DNA of 64,000 bases from an uncultured Oscillospiraceae bacterium (lineage in GTDB: Bacteria > Bacillota > Clostridia > Oscillospirales > Oscillospiraceae), in assembly GCA_905233385.1 (NCBI GenBank), contig CAJOEH010000022.1, forward strand, positions 846 through 64,845. The letters run 5' to 3'. Under the pieces are notes generated by a model. The model was not told the DNA's origin. It did not search any database and saw only the letters and a program-made list of their open reading frames with translations. This document shows positions 48,032 through 57,093 of the stretch, in pieces. The position numbers and the translations under genes were made by a program. How positions within the stretch are numbered: position 1 is the stretch's first letter; each line of letters begins with the position of its first letter.

Positions 48032-49666
48032 TTAGTCTAAGAAATACTGTGCTCCGTCGACGATCACGACTGTATCGTTCTCGATAACAGTGAACTGCAC
48101 GCTGTTGCCCGGCAGGTTGCATTCCAGATCGTTCGTCGGCGTGCTGCCGGGCGGGATCAAAACGCCCTCCTCAAACTCCTGATCATCTTCAAAAGCGATC
48201 GCGGTCGTTGCGTCGTAGACGTCATAGAGCTCGCCGTCGTACATCGCCTGTCCGATCCATTTATAACCGTGGGCGTCCGTCTTTTCAGCAGTCGCGGTCG
48301 GCGGGTCGGCATAGCCGGAGATGTAAAGGTCCTCGTAGATCGTCCGGTAGATCCAGTCGCTGGCGCGCTGCAGATCGTAGACGAAGTAGACGTACTGCTC
48401 CTTGCCGAGCTCGCCCGCCCAGCAGTCCATGTGCTCCATCACGGCGGAGGACTCGACCGTATAGCGGTTCTGGACCGCCTCCAGCCCGATCCCGAGCAGT
48501 TCGTCCGCGCTCAGCGAGGTCGTGCACATGCCGAAGCAGGTGCGGATCAGCGCGGGATAGTCCGACATCGGCATCTGGCGGATCTTGTCCATCATGGCAA
48601 GGACCAGCTTTCGCTGCCGGCCGGCGCGGTTGATCTCGCTGTCAGAGCGGTCACGGGCATACCGGTAGACCGCCTGATAGCCGTTCATGTGGCTGTTGTA
48701 TTTCCACTGGTCGTCGCCCTCCAGCTCGATATCGACGCCGCCGAGCAGATCGACGATATCCTCAAGCTGGGTGATATCCACGGTGATATAGTCCTGGATA
48801 TTCAGCGCGAAGTTGTGGTTGACCGTGCGGACGGCGCCCTGCGGCCCGCCGAAATTGTAGGCGTAGGTGATCCTGGAATAGCTGCCCCACTGCGGCATCA
48901 TCACGTAGGAGTCGCGGCCGATGGAGATCAGCTTGATCTTCTGATGGACGCGGTCGATGGAGAGGATGATGTTGGCGTCCGAGGAGCCGTTGTCGTCCAG
49001 GCCGTACAACATGATATTCGTGATCTGCTCCGCGCCCTCGAGCAGGTAGCTCGGTCCCTCGGGATCGCCGGTGTGCATCTTCTCGTAGGCTTCGGGCGGG
49101 AGGTCCTTGTCCGTCAGGTTTTCAAATTCGATCGCCAGTCCCCTTGCCTGCTCGTCGAGGTCGTCGGGGTTTTCCGTATTCTCCGGCACGGCGTCGCGGA
49201 CGACCTCGCCGTTGTTGATCTTCACGACGTTCAGATCCTCGTCCTTCAGACTGCTGAAGATCTCGTCGTGGTTCAGGTCGCTGAAAATGTACTGATATAC
49301 GTACATCGCGCCGACGCAGATCAGCAGGACCACCAGCGCGATCAGGATCGCGCTGATCGCGAAGCCCTTCCGCTGTTTTTTGAGAAACAGCGTGACGATG
49401 CCGAGCACGAAGCCGATCCCGCCGAGGATCGCGCCGACGGTGATCATCACCTCAAAGATGCTGATGTCCGTGCCGGCAAGCGCCTTGCTGCGGTAGCGCA
49501 GGAAGCCGTAGACGGCCATCGCGGCGAGCAGCAGCAGCGCGGTAAACGCCAGCGCAAACGCGATCACGCCCAGTGTTTTACTGCGCTTGTTTTTCAGTGG
49601 AGGCGCGGTCTCCGTCTCCGCGGGAACCATATCTCTGTCTTTCTCGGGGAATTGATCGAAATCCAT
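48032..49666 (-). CDS. LCP (LytR-CpsA-Psr) family glycopolymer ligase
   Basis: NIMLYGLD..SDANII, SIGRDSYV, AYNFGG, YARDR and RAGRQRKL motifs; three N-terminal TM helices. Confidence 0.88.
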   Translation of the reverse strand: MDFDQFPEKDRDMVPAETETAPPLKNKRSKTLGVIAFALAFTALLLLAAMAVYGFLRYRSKALAGTDISIFEVMITVGAILGGIGFVLGIVTLFLKKQRKGFAISAILIALVVLLICVGAMYVYQYIFSDLNHDEIFSSLKDEDLNVVKINNGEVVRDAVPENTENPDDLDEQARGLAIEFENLTDKDLPPEAYEKMHTGDPEGPSYLLEGAEQITNIMLYGLDDNGSSDANIILSIDRVHQKIKLISIGRDSYVMMPQWGSYSRITYAYNFGGPQGAVRTVNHNFALNIQDYITVDITQLEDIVDLLGGVDIELEGDDQWKYNSHMNGYQAVYRYARDRSDSEINRAGRQRKLVLAMMDKIRQMPMSDYPALIRTCFGMCTTSLSADELLGIGLEAVQNRYTVESSAVMEHMDCWAGELGKEQYVYFVYDLQRASDWIYRTIYEDLYISGYADPPTATAEKTDAHGYKWIGQAMYDGELYDVYDATTAIAFEDDQEFEEGVLIPPGSTPTNDLECNLPGNSVQFTVIENDTVVIVDGAQYFLD

Positions 49667-49859
49667 TCTGTTTGCCCCTTTCGTGGGAAGTCGGGATTAT
49701 TCTAAGACGCAGTATAACACACTTTGTTCCAAAATTCAAGCGGAGGGGAAGAACCCCCTCCGCAAAGCGATGATAGATCACGGATTCTCAAGGCTGTTTG
49801 CGAGTGTTGGCGGATCGCCGCCCGTGAAAACCGACTTGGGCCCGACCCGCCTCGGCTTA

Positions 49860-50009
49860 TCAGCAGCCGCAGCCGTTATCGCAGCCGCACCCGCAGCCGT
49901 TGTTATTGCCGCACCCGCAGCCGCAGTTATTGCCGCAGCCGTTGCCGCAGCTGAACAACAGGATCAGGATGATGATCCACCAATAATTCCCGCAGTTGTT
50001 GCAACCCAT
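49860..50009 (-). CDS. 49-aa Cys/Gly/Asn-rich single-TM microprotein (probable sporulation protein)
   Basis: MGCNNCGNYWWIIILILLFSCGNGCGNNCGCGCGNNNGCGCGCDNGCGC followed by TGA-TAA; AGGAGG RBS at 50019-50024; 12 Cys. Confidence 0.85.
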   Translation of the reverse strand: MGCNNCGNYWWIIILILLFSCGNGCGNNCGCGCGNNNGCGCGCDNGCGC

Positions 50010-50106
50010 AATGAAGTACCTCCTGATAAGTTCTGAGCATCACGCTCATTCCATCTTATGACCGGCGGGAAATTTGGTGACAGTTCGGCGCTGCCGTCAT
50101 TTCATG

Positions 50107-50148
50107 AAAAACGGACTGAGAATCGTTCCTGATCCTCAGTCCGTTTTT
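50107..50148 (-). terminator. Terminator of the BMC operon
   Basis: AAAAACGGACTGAG...CTCAGTCCGTTTTT after tpiA. Confidence 0.8.
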
Positions 50149-50169
50149 CAATTCATCGGGTTTTTCCGT

Positions 50170-50919
50170 TCAGCCGTTGTAATTGACGACCTTCTCGAAT
50201 TTCTCCGCGACCAGGCTCGCGCCGCCGATCAGACCGCCGTCGATCTCCGGCTGGCTCATCAGCTCGCCCGCGTTCTTGTCGTTCATGCTGCCGCCGTAGA
50301 GGATGCGCACGTTCTCGGCGACGTAGCCAAACACGTCCCTGATCGCGCCGCGGATGGCGGCGATCGTGCGGTTGGCGTCGGCCGCCGTCGCGGTCATGCC
50401 CGTGCCGATCGCCCAGACGGGCTCATAGGCGATGACGCAGTCGGTGATCTGAGCAGAGGAAACGCCGCACAGGGCCGCCTTGGTCTGGAGGCAGACGACC
50501 TCGTTCGTGATGCCGGTCTGCTTCTGCTCCAGGCTCTCGCCGACGCAGATGATCGGCTTCAGGCCGTTTTCCAGCGCCTTCAGCACCTTCTTGTTGACGG
50601 TCTCGTCTGTCTCCGCGAAATACTGGCGGCGCTCGGAGTGGCCGAGAATGACGTACTCCACGCCCAGCTCCTTCAGGCTCGCGCAGTTCGCTTCGCCGGT
50701 GAACGCGCCCTTATCCGCGAAGTGGACGTTCTGCGCGCCGAGGTGCAGGTCCGTGCCCTTGATCTGGGCGGAGGCGGCGAACAGACTGACCGTCATCGGG
50801 CAAACGACGATCTCCACGTTCGTCTTCGGCTGAATCTTTTTGAGCTCCTGGATCAGCGCGACGGTCTCCGCGGGCGTCTCGTTCATCTTCCAGTTGCCCG
50901 CGATCATGGGTCTTCTCAT
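50170..50919 (-). CDS. tpiA: Triosephosphate isomerase
   Basis: AGNWKMN, GHSERR, AYEPVWAIGTG and GGASL motifs. Confidence 0.96.
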   Translation of the reverse strand: MRRPMIAGNWKMNETPAETVALIQELKKIQPKTNVEIVVCPMTVSLFAASAQIKGTDLHLGAQNVHFADKGAFTGEANCASLKELGVEYVILGHSERRQYFAETDETVNKKVLKALENGLKPIICVGESLEQKQTGITNEVVCLQTKAALCGVSSAQITDCVIAYEPVWAIGTGMTATAADANRTIAAIRGAIRDVFGYVAENVRILYGGSMNDKNAGELMSQPEIDGGLIGGASLVAEKFEKVVNYNG

Positions 50920-50934
50920 ACCGCTGCCCTCAGA

Positions 50935-51765
50935 TCAATACAGCTTCGGACGGATATCCACGTTGCCCGACGGGCAGGTCTTGCAGTTGCCGCAGTTGAC
51001 GCACTTGTGCTCGTCCTCGGTGACGCCGGAGACGATCTTGCCGGTGGAGCTTGCGCCGATGCGGTTCGCGCCGGCGTTGATCATGTTGACCGCGTCGGTG
51101 TAGGTACGCACGCCGCCGGAGGCCTTGACGCCGATGTCGGGGCCGACCGTCTCACGCATCAGGCGGACGTCTTCGACCGTCGCGCCGCCGGTGGAGAAGC
51201 CGGTGGAGGTCTTGACGAAGTGCGCGCCTGCCAGCTTGGAGACGGTGCACGCCTTGACCTTCTCTTCGTCGGTCAGCAGGCAGCATTCGATGATGACCTT
51301 GACCAGCGCGCGGCCGCGGACGGCGTTGACGACGCCCTCGATATCGCGCTTGACGAGCTGCCAGTCGCCGGACTTGACGGCGCCGATGTTGATGACCATG
51401 TCGATTTCGCGTGCGCCCTTGGTCGCCGCGTCGGAGGCCTCAAACGCCTTCGTTTCGGGCGTGCATGCGCCGAGCGGGAACGCGATGACGCAGCACGGCG
51501 TCACGCCGCTGCCCTCGAGCTGCTGCGCCACGTACTGGATATAGGACGGGTTGACGCAGACGCTGGCGGTGTGATACTTCTTCGCCTCGTCGCAGATCTT
51601 GCGGATGTCCGTGATGCTGGCTTCCGGCTTCAAAAACGTATGGTCGATGTATTTTGCCATGTCGGCAGGGCTTTTGCCGGCCGGCGCCGCGGCTCCGGGA
51701 GCGGCTGCGCCGTACTTGGAGCAGATCTCCTCCGTCACCTGGCGGATGATTTCATTGATATCCAT
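50935..51765 (-). CDS. deoC: Deoxyribose-phosphate aldolase with N-terminal encapsulation peptide and C-terminal Cys4 tail
   Basis: IDHT, EIDMVIN, FVKTSTG, GVKASGG and RIGASS; N-term [14 protein letters not shown]; C-term [11 protein letters not shown]. Confidence 0.93.
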   Translation of the reverse strand: MDINEIIRQVTEEICSKYGAAAPGAAAPAGKSPADMAKYIDHTFLKPEASITDIRKICDEAKKYHTASVCVNPSYIQYVAQQLEGSGVTPCCVIAFPLGACTPETKAFEASDAATKGAREIDMVINIGAVKSGDWQLVKRDIEGVVNAVRGRALVKVIIECCLLTDEEKVKACTVSKLAGAHFVKTSTGFSTGGATVEDVRLMRETVGPDIGVKASGGVRTYTDAVNMINAGANRIGASSTGKIVSGVTEDEHKCVNCGNCKTCPSGNVDIRPKLY

Positions 51766-51788
51766 GAACAGTGTTCCTTTCGTAAGTT

Positions 51789-52541
51789 TTACTTTCTTGC
51801 TTCTTCCGCGATCTTCGCGGTCGCGGTCAGTCCGAGGCGGACCGCGCCGGCCGCAAGCAGTTCCTCCGCCTGCGCCAGCGTCTTGATGCCGCCGTCGATC
51901 TTGATGCCGACGTTCCTTCCGAGGATATCGTAGGCAAACCGGACGTCCTCCACGCGCGCGCCGTGTCCGCTGAGCATGTTCTGGATCTTGACGAAGTCCA
52001 CGCCGCTGCTGCGCAGCATGGTCAGAACCGCCTGCTTCTCCTCGAACGTGTAGAGGGAATGCTCAAAGACCGCCTTGATCTTTGCTTTGCCGCAGGTAAA
52101 GCGCACCAGCTCCTCCAGCTCCCGCTGCGCCTCGTCCAGACGGCCGGACTTAATCGCGAGCGCATTGATCGCGACGTCGATCTCGGTCGCGCCGTTCGCC
52201 ATGCACTCGCGCAGCTCGGCGAGCTTCGCCGCCTGCGACATGCAGCCGTGCGGGAAGCCGATCGCGGTGCCGACCGCGACGGGACTGCCGAGCAGGGCGT
52301 CGCGCGCCGCCGCGACGTAGTAAGGCGCAACGCAGACCGCCGCGACGGAGTACTTGCGCGCCACGGCGCACTCCGCTTTGATCTTGTCCAGCGTCGTGTC
52401 GGGATTGAGCAGAGAATGCTCCAGATGAGCGACCACGTCCGCGCCGGTCACGATCCCCGCGAGGGGCGCCGGATTCGCGTCTGCGTGGAAGTACGCCAGC
52501 ACCTGACGCTCTACTTCTTTTCTGATTGCTTCTACATCCAT
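51789..52541 (-). CDS. Divergent DeoC-like class I aldolase with encapsulation peptide
   Basis: LEHS, EIDVAIN, FVKIQNM and GIKIDGG; N-term [18 protein letters not shown]. Confidence 0.85.
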   Translation of the reverse strand: MDVEAIRKEVERQVLAYFHADANPAPLAGIVTGADVVAHLEHSLLNPDTTLDKIKAECAVARKYSVAAVCVAPYYVAAARDALLGSPVAVGTAIGFPHGCMSQAAKLAELRECMANGATEIDVAINALAIKSGRLDEAQRELEELVRFTCGKAKIKAVFEHSLYTFEEKQAVLTMLRSSGVDFVKIQNMLSGHGARVEDVRFAYDILGRNVGIKIDGGIKTLAQAEELLAAGAVRLGLTATAKIAEEARK

Positions 52542-52829
52542 TTAGTGATACTCCCTGACCTCGCCGTCGAACGTAAGGTGGTCGATGACGCCGCAGATCG
52601 TGATGTCGCCGATGCAGTGACGGCCGAGCAGAATGCTTGCCGCGCCGCCGTCGCAGGCGACGACCACGGTATCTCCGATACCGGCGTCCGCCACGTCGAA
52701 GGCGATCGCCTCTTCTCCGGTCAGATTGCCCGCTTCATCGAGGTAGTCGATGATCATGAGCTTCTGCCCGTCGAATCCGGCGTCCTTGATCGTGGAAACG
52801 ACGTTTCCGACGACTCTTGCCAGCTTCAT
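52542..52829 (-). CDS. BMC-P pentamer (EutN/CcmL family)
   Basis: [18 protein letters not shown] and GVID motifs. Confidence 0.92.
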   Translation of the reverse strand: MKLARVVGNVVSTIKDAGFDGQKLMIIDYLDEAGNLTGEEAIAFDVADAGIGDTVVVACDGGAASILLGRHCIGDITICGVIDHLTFDGEVREYH

Positions 52830-53101
52830 CCCATTCTCGGGAGAATGCCCTCGACGTCATCGTGCGGGGACGGGATCACGTGGCAGCCGTACAGCTCGCC
52901 GACGCGCTTTGCAGCCGTCGCGCCCGCGTCGACCGCGGCCTTGACCGCGCCGACGTCGCCGCGTACCATGACGGTGACGAGGCCGCTGCCGATCTGCTCT
53001 TTGCCGATCAGATGAACGTCTGCTGCCTTGACCATGGCGTCTGCCGCTTCAATGGAGCCGATCAGACCGCGGGTCTCGACCATTCCGAGTGCTAGTTTCA
53101 T
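52826..53101 (-). CDS. BMC-H hexamer shell protein
   Basis: [34 protein letters not shown] and VIPSPH motifs. Confidence 0.95.
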   Translation of the reverse strand: MKLALGMVETRGLIGSIEAADAMVKAADVHLIGKEQIGSGLVTVMVRGDVGAVKAAVDAGATAAKRVGELYGCHVIPSPHDDVEGILPRMG

Positions 53102-53116
53102 AATAATACCTCCAAA

Positions 53117-53398
53117 TTATTGATTTTCCGGTTGTATTTCTACGTTGTAGGAGTCGATAAAGCCGACGATGGCCGCATCGGCGGGGACCAGCTTCCTGCG
53201 GAAGATCCTCCCTGCCTCTCTGGAGCCGATCATGTAGACAATATCGCCCTTGCCTGCCTGTCGGGTGGAATCCGCCGCTACGATCATTTTTGTTTTTTTG
53301 CCTTTTTCGATCTTATGCACCACGAGGAGCGGAATATCTTCCATGCCCGGCTCCTTCACGGTGGCAACGACCGTTCCGACGACCTCCCCGATATACAT
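53117..53398 (-). CDS. BMC-P pentamer (EutN/CcmL family)
   Basis: [17 protein letters not shown] and AAIVGFID motifs. Confidence 0.9.
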   Translation of the reverse strand: MYIGEVVGTVVATVKEPGMEDIPLLVVHKIEKGKKTKMIVAADSTRQAGKGDIVYMIGSREAGRIFRRKLVPADAAIVGFIDSYNVEIQPENQ

Positions 53399-53402
53399 GG
53401 GA

Positions 53403-53664
53403 TCAGCCGATCGTGGGCAGGATGCCCTCGACGTCGTCGTGCGGGGACGGGATCACGTGGCAGCCGTACAGCTCGCCGACGCGCTTCGCAGCCGTCGCGG
53501 ACGGTGACGAGGCCGCTGCCGATCTGGGTCTTGCCGATGAGATGAACGTTTGCCGCCTTGACCATGGCGTCGGCCGCCTCAATGGCGCCGATGAGGCCGC
53601 GGGTTTCCACCATACCGAGTGCTAATTTCATTTTCGTTGTCTCCTTCTTTTTTGTTGTTGCCAT
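53403..53664 (-). pseudogene. BMC-H copy with a 47-bp frameshifting deletion
   Basis: Matches its paralogs except that codons for [16 protein letters not shown] (47 nt) are missing at about 53500. Confidence 0.8.
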
Positions 53665-53676
53665 AGCGTTTACCTT

Positions 53677-53952
53677 TTAGCCCATCGTCGGCAGGATGCC
53701 TTCGACGTCGTCGTGCGGGGACGGGATCACGTGGCAGCCGTACAGCTCGCCGACGCGCTTCGCAGCCGTCGCGCCCGCGTCGACCGCAGCCTTGACCGCG
53801 CCGACGTCGCCGCGCACCATGACGGTGACGAGGCCGCTGCCGATCTGGGTCTTGCCGATGAGGCGGACGTTTGCTGCCTTGACCATCGCATCGGCCGCTT
53901 CGATCGCGCCGATGAGGCCGCGGGTTTCAACCATTCCTAATGCTTCTTTCAT
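53677..53952 (-). CDS. BMC-H hexamer shell protein
   Basis: Same BMC-H motifs; near-identical DNA to the other two copies. Confidence 0.95.
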   Translation of the reverse strand: MKEALGMVETRGLIGAIEAADAMVKAANVRLIGKTQIGSGLVTVMVRGDVGAVKAAVDAGATAAKRVGELYGCHVIPSPHDDVEGILPTMG

Positions 53953-54019
53953 GTTTTGTTATCCTCCGTTAAAAATTTATAATAATTTTTCAAAAGCAAC
54001 GAGTGAATTGCGCGCGGGC

Positions 54020-55426
54020 TCAGATGATGCGGAAGTCGCCCTTCAGCACGCAGCGTCTTGCGCGGGTAAAGGACTTCGCGCTGGTCAGGCCCTCGCCGGT
54101 CGGGGTGGCGATCGTCAGGGTGGTGTAGCCCTCACCGCCGAAGCCGAGGCCGGAGTAGGAAGGCGCGTTCTTGACGAAGATCGTCGTATTCATACGCTTC
54201 GCCGCGCGGGACATATTGTGGATGTTGGTCGAATGGATCAGCGCGGAGTGCTGGCAGCCGTGCTCGGCGCGGAACGCCTCCGAAAGCGCCTCGTCGAAGT
54301 TCGCCACGCGGACGCAGCCGAGGACCGGCATCAGCATCTCGACCTCGACGAAGGGATGGAAGCGGTCGACCTCCGCGATGACCAAGACGGGCTCGCCGGT
54401 GAAGGACACGCCGCTCTCGCGCAGGATGTAGGTCGCGTCGTGACCGACGAACTTGCGGTTGATGACGTACTTGCCGTCCTTCTGGATCAGCACGGTGCGA
54501 ACGATCTTGTCGATGTCCTCGCCGTAGACGCGGAAGGCGCCGTTGCGCTGCATCTGGCTCATGAGCTCGTCCGCGATGGAGGCGACCATGAAGCACTCCT
54601 TCTCCGCGACGCAGAGGATGTTGTTCTCAAAGCTCGCGCCGTCGACGATCTTCTTCGCGGCGTCCGGGATGTTCGCCGTCTCGTCGACGATGACCGGCGG
54701 ATTGCCGGGGCCTGCCGCGACGCACTTCTTGCCGGACTTCATCGCCACCGCGACGACCGCTTCGCCGCCGGTGACCGCCAGCATCTTGATCGCCTTGTGG
54801 CTCATCAGGACCGCCGAGGTCTCCATCGTCGGCTCCTTCGGCGCGGTGATCAGGCCGTTCGGGCCGCCCGCGTCGACGATCGCCTGGTTGAGAAGCTCCA
54901 TCGCCCGCTGCGAGGCGCGCTTCGCCGCAGGATGGGGGTTGTAGACCACGGCATTGCCCGCCGCGATCATGCTGATGGAGTTGTTGATGACCGTCGCGGT
55001 CGGGTTGGTCGACGGGGTGATCGAGCCGATGACGCCGTAGGGCGCCGTCTCGACGAGGGTCAGGCCGTCGTCGCCGCTGTAGGCGGTCGGGTGCAGGTCT
55101 TCCACACCGGGGGTCTTGTTCGCGGCGAGCAGGTTCTTCGCGATCTTGTGCTGGACCTTGCCGTAGCCGGTCTCGTCGTGCGCCAGGATCGCAAGCTCCT
55201 CGGCGTGCGCCCTTGCGCAGACGCGCATCGCATCGATCAGCTTGCCGCGGTCTTCCAGCGTCATTTCCGCCAGACGCTGCTGGGCGCGGATCGCGGTCTC
55301 GATCGCATCGTTGATGTCGTCAAACAGGCACTGCGCCGCGCCGCCGGCAGAACCGCCGCCGCCGCGCTCTAAACTGTTTTTGGTCTCTTCCGCGATTTTC
55401 CGTATCTGTTCTTTTGTCAACGCCAT
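54020..55426 (-). CDS. Acylating aldehyde dehydrogenase (EutE/PduP-like) with encapsulation peptide
   Basis: PSTNPT, TGGEAVV, NNILCVAEKE (catalytic Cys) and GGEGYTT motifs; N-terminal amphipathic helix plus Gly linker. Confidence 0.95.
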   Translation of the reverse strand: MALTKEQIRKIAEETKNSLERGGGGSAGGAAQCLFDDINDAIETAIRAQQRLAEMTLEDRGKLIDAMRVCARAHAEELAILAHDETGYGKVQHKIAKNLLAANKTPGVEDLHPTAYSGDDGLTLVETAPYGVIGSITPSTNPTATVINNSISMIAAGNAVVYNPHPAAKRASQRAMELLNQAIVDAGGPNGLITAPKEPTMETSAVLMSHKAIKMLAVTGGEAVVAVAMKSGKKCVAAGPGNPPVIVDETANIPDAAKKIVDGASFENNILCVAEKECFMVASIADELMSQMQRNGAFRVYGEDIDKIVRTVLIQKDGKYVINRKFVGHDATYILRESGVSFTGEPVLVIAEVDRFHPFVEVEMLMPVLGCVRVANFDEALSEAFRAEHGCQHSALIHSTNIHNMSRAAKRMNTTIFVKNAPSYSGLGFGGEGYTTLTIATPTGEGLTSAKSFTRARRCVLKGDFRII

Positions 55427-55435
55427 ACGCTATCC

Positions 55436-55741
55436 TCAACTTTCTTTGTTGAATTTTTCAAAGATCCTCTTGCCGTTCACGTCGACGTGGTCGATGATGG
55501 CAATGATGGTCTGATCGACGGGCTTGTTCTCCGTGACGATCGTCTGACGGGACGAGCTGCCGCTGACGGTCATAACGACCTCGCCCTCGCCTGCGCCGAC
55601 GGCGTCGATAGCGACGACCGGCGCGCCCTTCTCCTGCCAGGTCTCAATGTCGATGGGCTTGACGATCAGCAGCTTCAGGCCGTAGAGCTTCTCCGCCTTG
55701 TTGGTGCTGACGACCGTTCCTTTTACGATGCCTAAATTCAT
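55436..55741 (-). CDS. BMC-P pentamer (EutN/CcmL family)
   Basis: GIVKGTVVST, AIDAVGAGEGE, SGSSSR and AIID motifs. Confidence 0.94.
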   Translation of the reverse strand: MNLGIVKGTVVSTNKAEKLYGLKLLIVKPIDIETWQEKGAPVVAIDAVGAGEGEVVMTVSGSSSRQTIVTENKPVDQTIIAIIDHVDVNGKRIFEKFNKES

Positions 55742-56430
55742 ACCGTTTCTCCTTCATACTGCACCGCGACGTCGGACGCGCGCAGGGCGTCGCGCGCCGC
55801 CGGTGTAATGATCGCGCCCACGCGGGCGGTGATGGTCCTGTCCTTCGTCTGCGCCGCGGCGAGGACGTCCGCTTCGGTGATCAGCGTCGCGCCGATCCGG
55901 GCGGCGGCGTCGCCGGTAAAGTACGGGCAGACGGCGACGTTCATCTGGCGCAGGGTGTCGATTGAAGAGGCGACGCCCTCCAGGAACGTGTTGCGCTTGA
56001 ATTTCGGCGGCTCAAAGTCGAGATACAGCCGCACATCCTTCCGCCACAGCACGCTGCGGACGATCAGGTAGGAAAGGAAGTCGCTGTCCTCTCCCCGCGC
56101 GATCTGCCCCAGAAGCTCCAGCCGCGGCCCGACTAAAACGACCGTTTTCGCCGCGGTAATCTTCGCGAGCAGTTCCGGCTGTCCGAGATGATCCGCAAAG
56201 AGCAACCCCTCGTCCTGCACGCCGGGCTGCTGCACGAAGCTGAGGAAGGTGTAACCCTCGCCGAACTGCGTTTGGAGCAGTTCCCTCAGCTCCTTCGGGT
56301 AGGCGACCGGCGCAGCCAGCAGCACGAGCACCTGCTCGGGATGCTGCGCCTCGCGCTCGAGCCGCGCGATCCGGCGCACGACCTCCGCGACGATCAGATC
56401 TATTAATTTGTGTAAAAGCTCTGTATCCAT
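55738..56430 (-). CDS. PduM/flavoprotein-like BMC accessory protein
   Basis: N-terminal encapsulation peptide LIDLIVAEVVRRI; C-terminal LITEADV...IITPAARD motif. Confidence 0.65.
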   Translation of the reverse strand: MDTELLHKLIDLIVAEVVRRIARLEREAQHPEQVLVLLAAPVAYPKELRELLQTQFGEGYTFLSFVQQPGVQDEGLLFADHLGQPELLAKITAAKTVVLVGPRLELLGQIARGEDSDFLSYLIVRSVLWRKDVRLYLDFEPPKFKRNTFLEGVASSIDTLRQMNVAVCPYFTGDAAARIGATLITEADVLAAAQTKDRTITARVGAIITPAARDALRASDVAVQYEGETV

Positions 56431-56454
56431 CTCTTACACAACCTTAACTCGATG

Positions 56455-57093
56455 TTATTTCAATACTTCCATCATTGTGCTGCCGCTCATGGCGACGGCA
56501 TTCGCCTCGTCGGTGTCGACGTGGACCTCCATATCGTGCCCGTCGCCCGCGCGGACGATGACGTTTTCAAAGACCACCGCGCGGTCGCCCTCGCTCCTGA
56601 GGCGGACGGTCTGACCGTCGCGCAGGCCGAACAGCGCCGCCTGCGCCGCGGACAGATGCAGATGCCGCGCCGCCACGATCACGCCCTCGGGAATGTCGAT
56701 CTGCCCCATCGGGCCGATGAGACTGCATCCCGGCGTACCGGCGGTCTTGCCGGACATGCGGACCGGCGGGCGGATGCCCAGCGAGAACGAGTCGGTGAAG
56801 GCGATCTCCACCTGTGTCGCCTTGCGCTCCGGTCCGAGGACGCGGACGCGCTCCAACTTCCCCTTCGGACCGACGACCGTCACCTGCTCCACGCATGCGA
56901 ACTGTCCCGGCTGAGAAAGGTCGCGGAATTTCTGTAACTGATAGCCCGCGCCGAACAGCCGCTCCACGTCCGCGCGGGACAGATGCACGTGCCGCGCCGA
57001 CGCCGCCACGGGAACGAAGATCCGTCCCGTTTCGCGGAAGATCCGCTCGGCGACCGCAAGCTGCACCGGCCGCTGAATGCTCGCTTTATCCAT
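56455..57093 (-). CDS. pduL: PduL-type phosphotransacylase
   Basis: SARHVHLS, LSQPGQFA, RVLGPER, VIVAARHLH and HVDTDEANA motifs. Confidence 0.95.
   Translation of the reverse strand: MDKASIQRPVQLAVAERIFRETGRIFVPVAASARHVHLSRADVERLFGAGYQLQKFRDLSQPGQFACVEQVTVVGPKGKLERVRVLGPERKATQVEIAFTDSFSLGIRPPVRMSGKTAGTPGCSLIGPMGQIDIPEGVIVAARHLHLSAAQAALFGLRDGQTVRLRSEGDRAVVFENVIVRAGDGHDMEVHVDTDEANAVAMSGSTMMEVLK

Noticed and set aside
49683-50036. Plus-strand Ala/Pro-rich 117-aa ORF
   Set aside because: Antisense shadow of the Cys-rich microprotein, which has the RBS.
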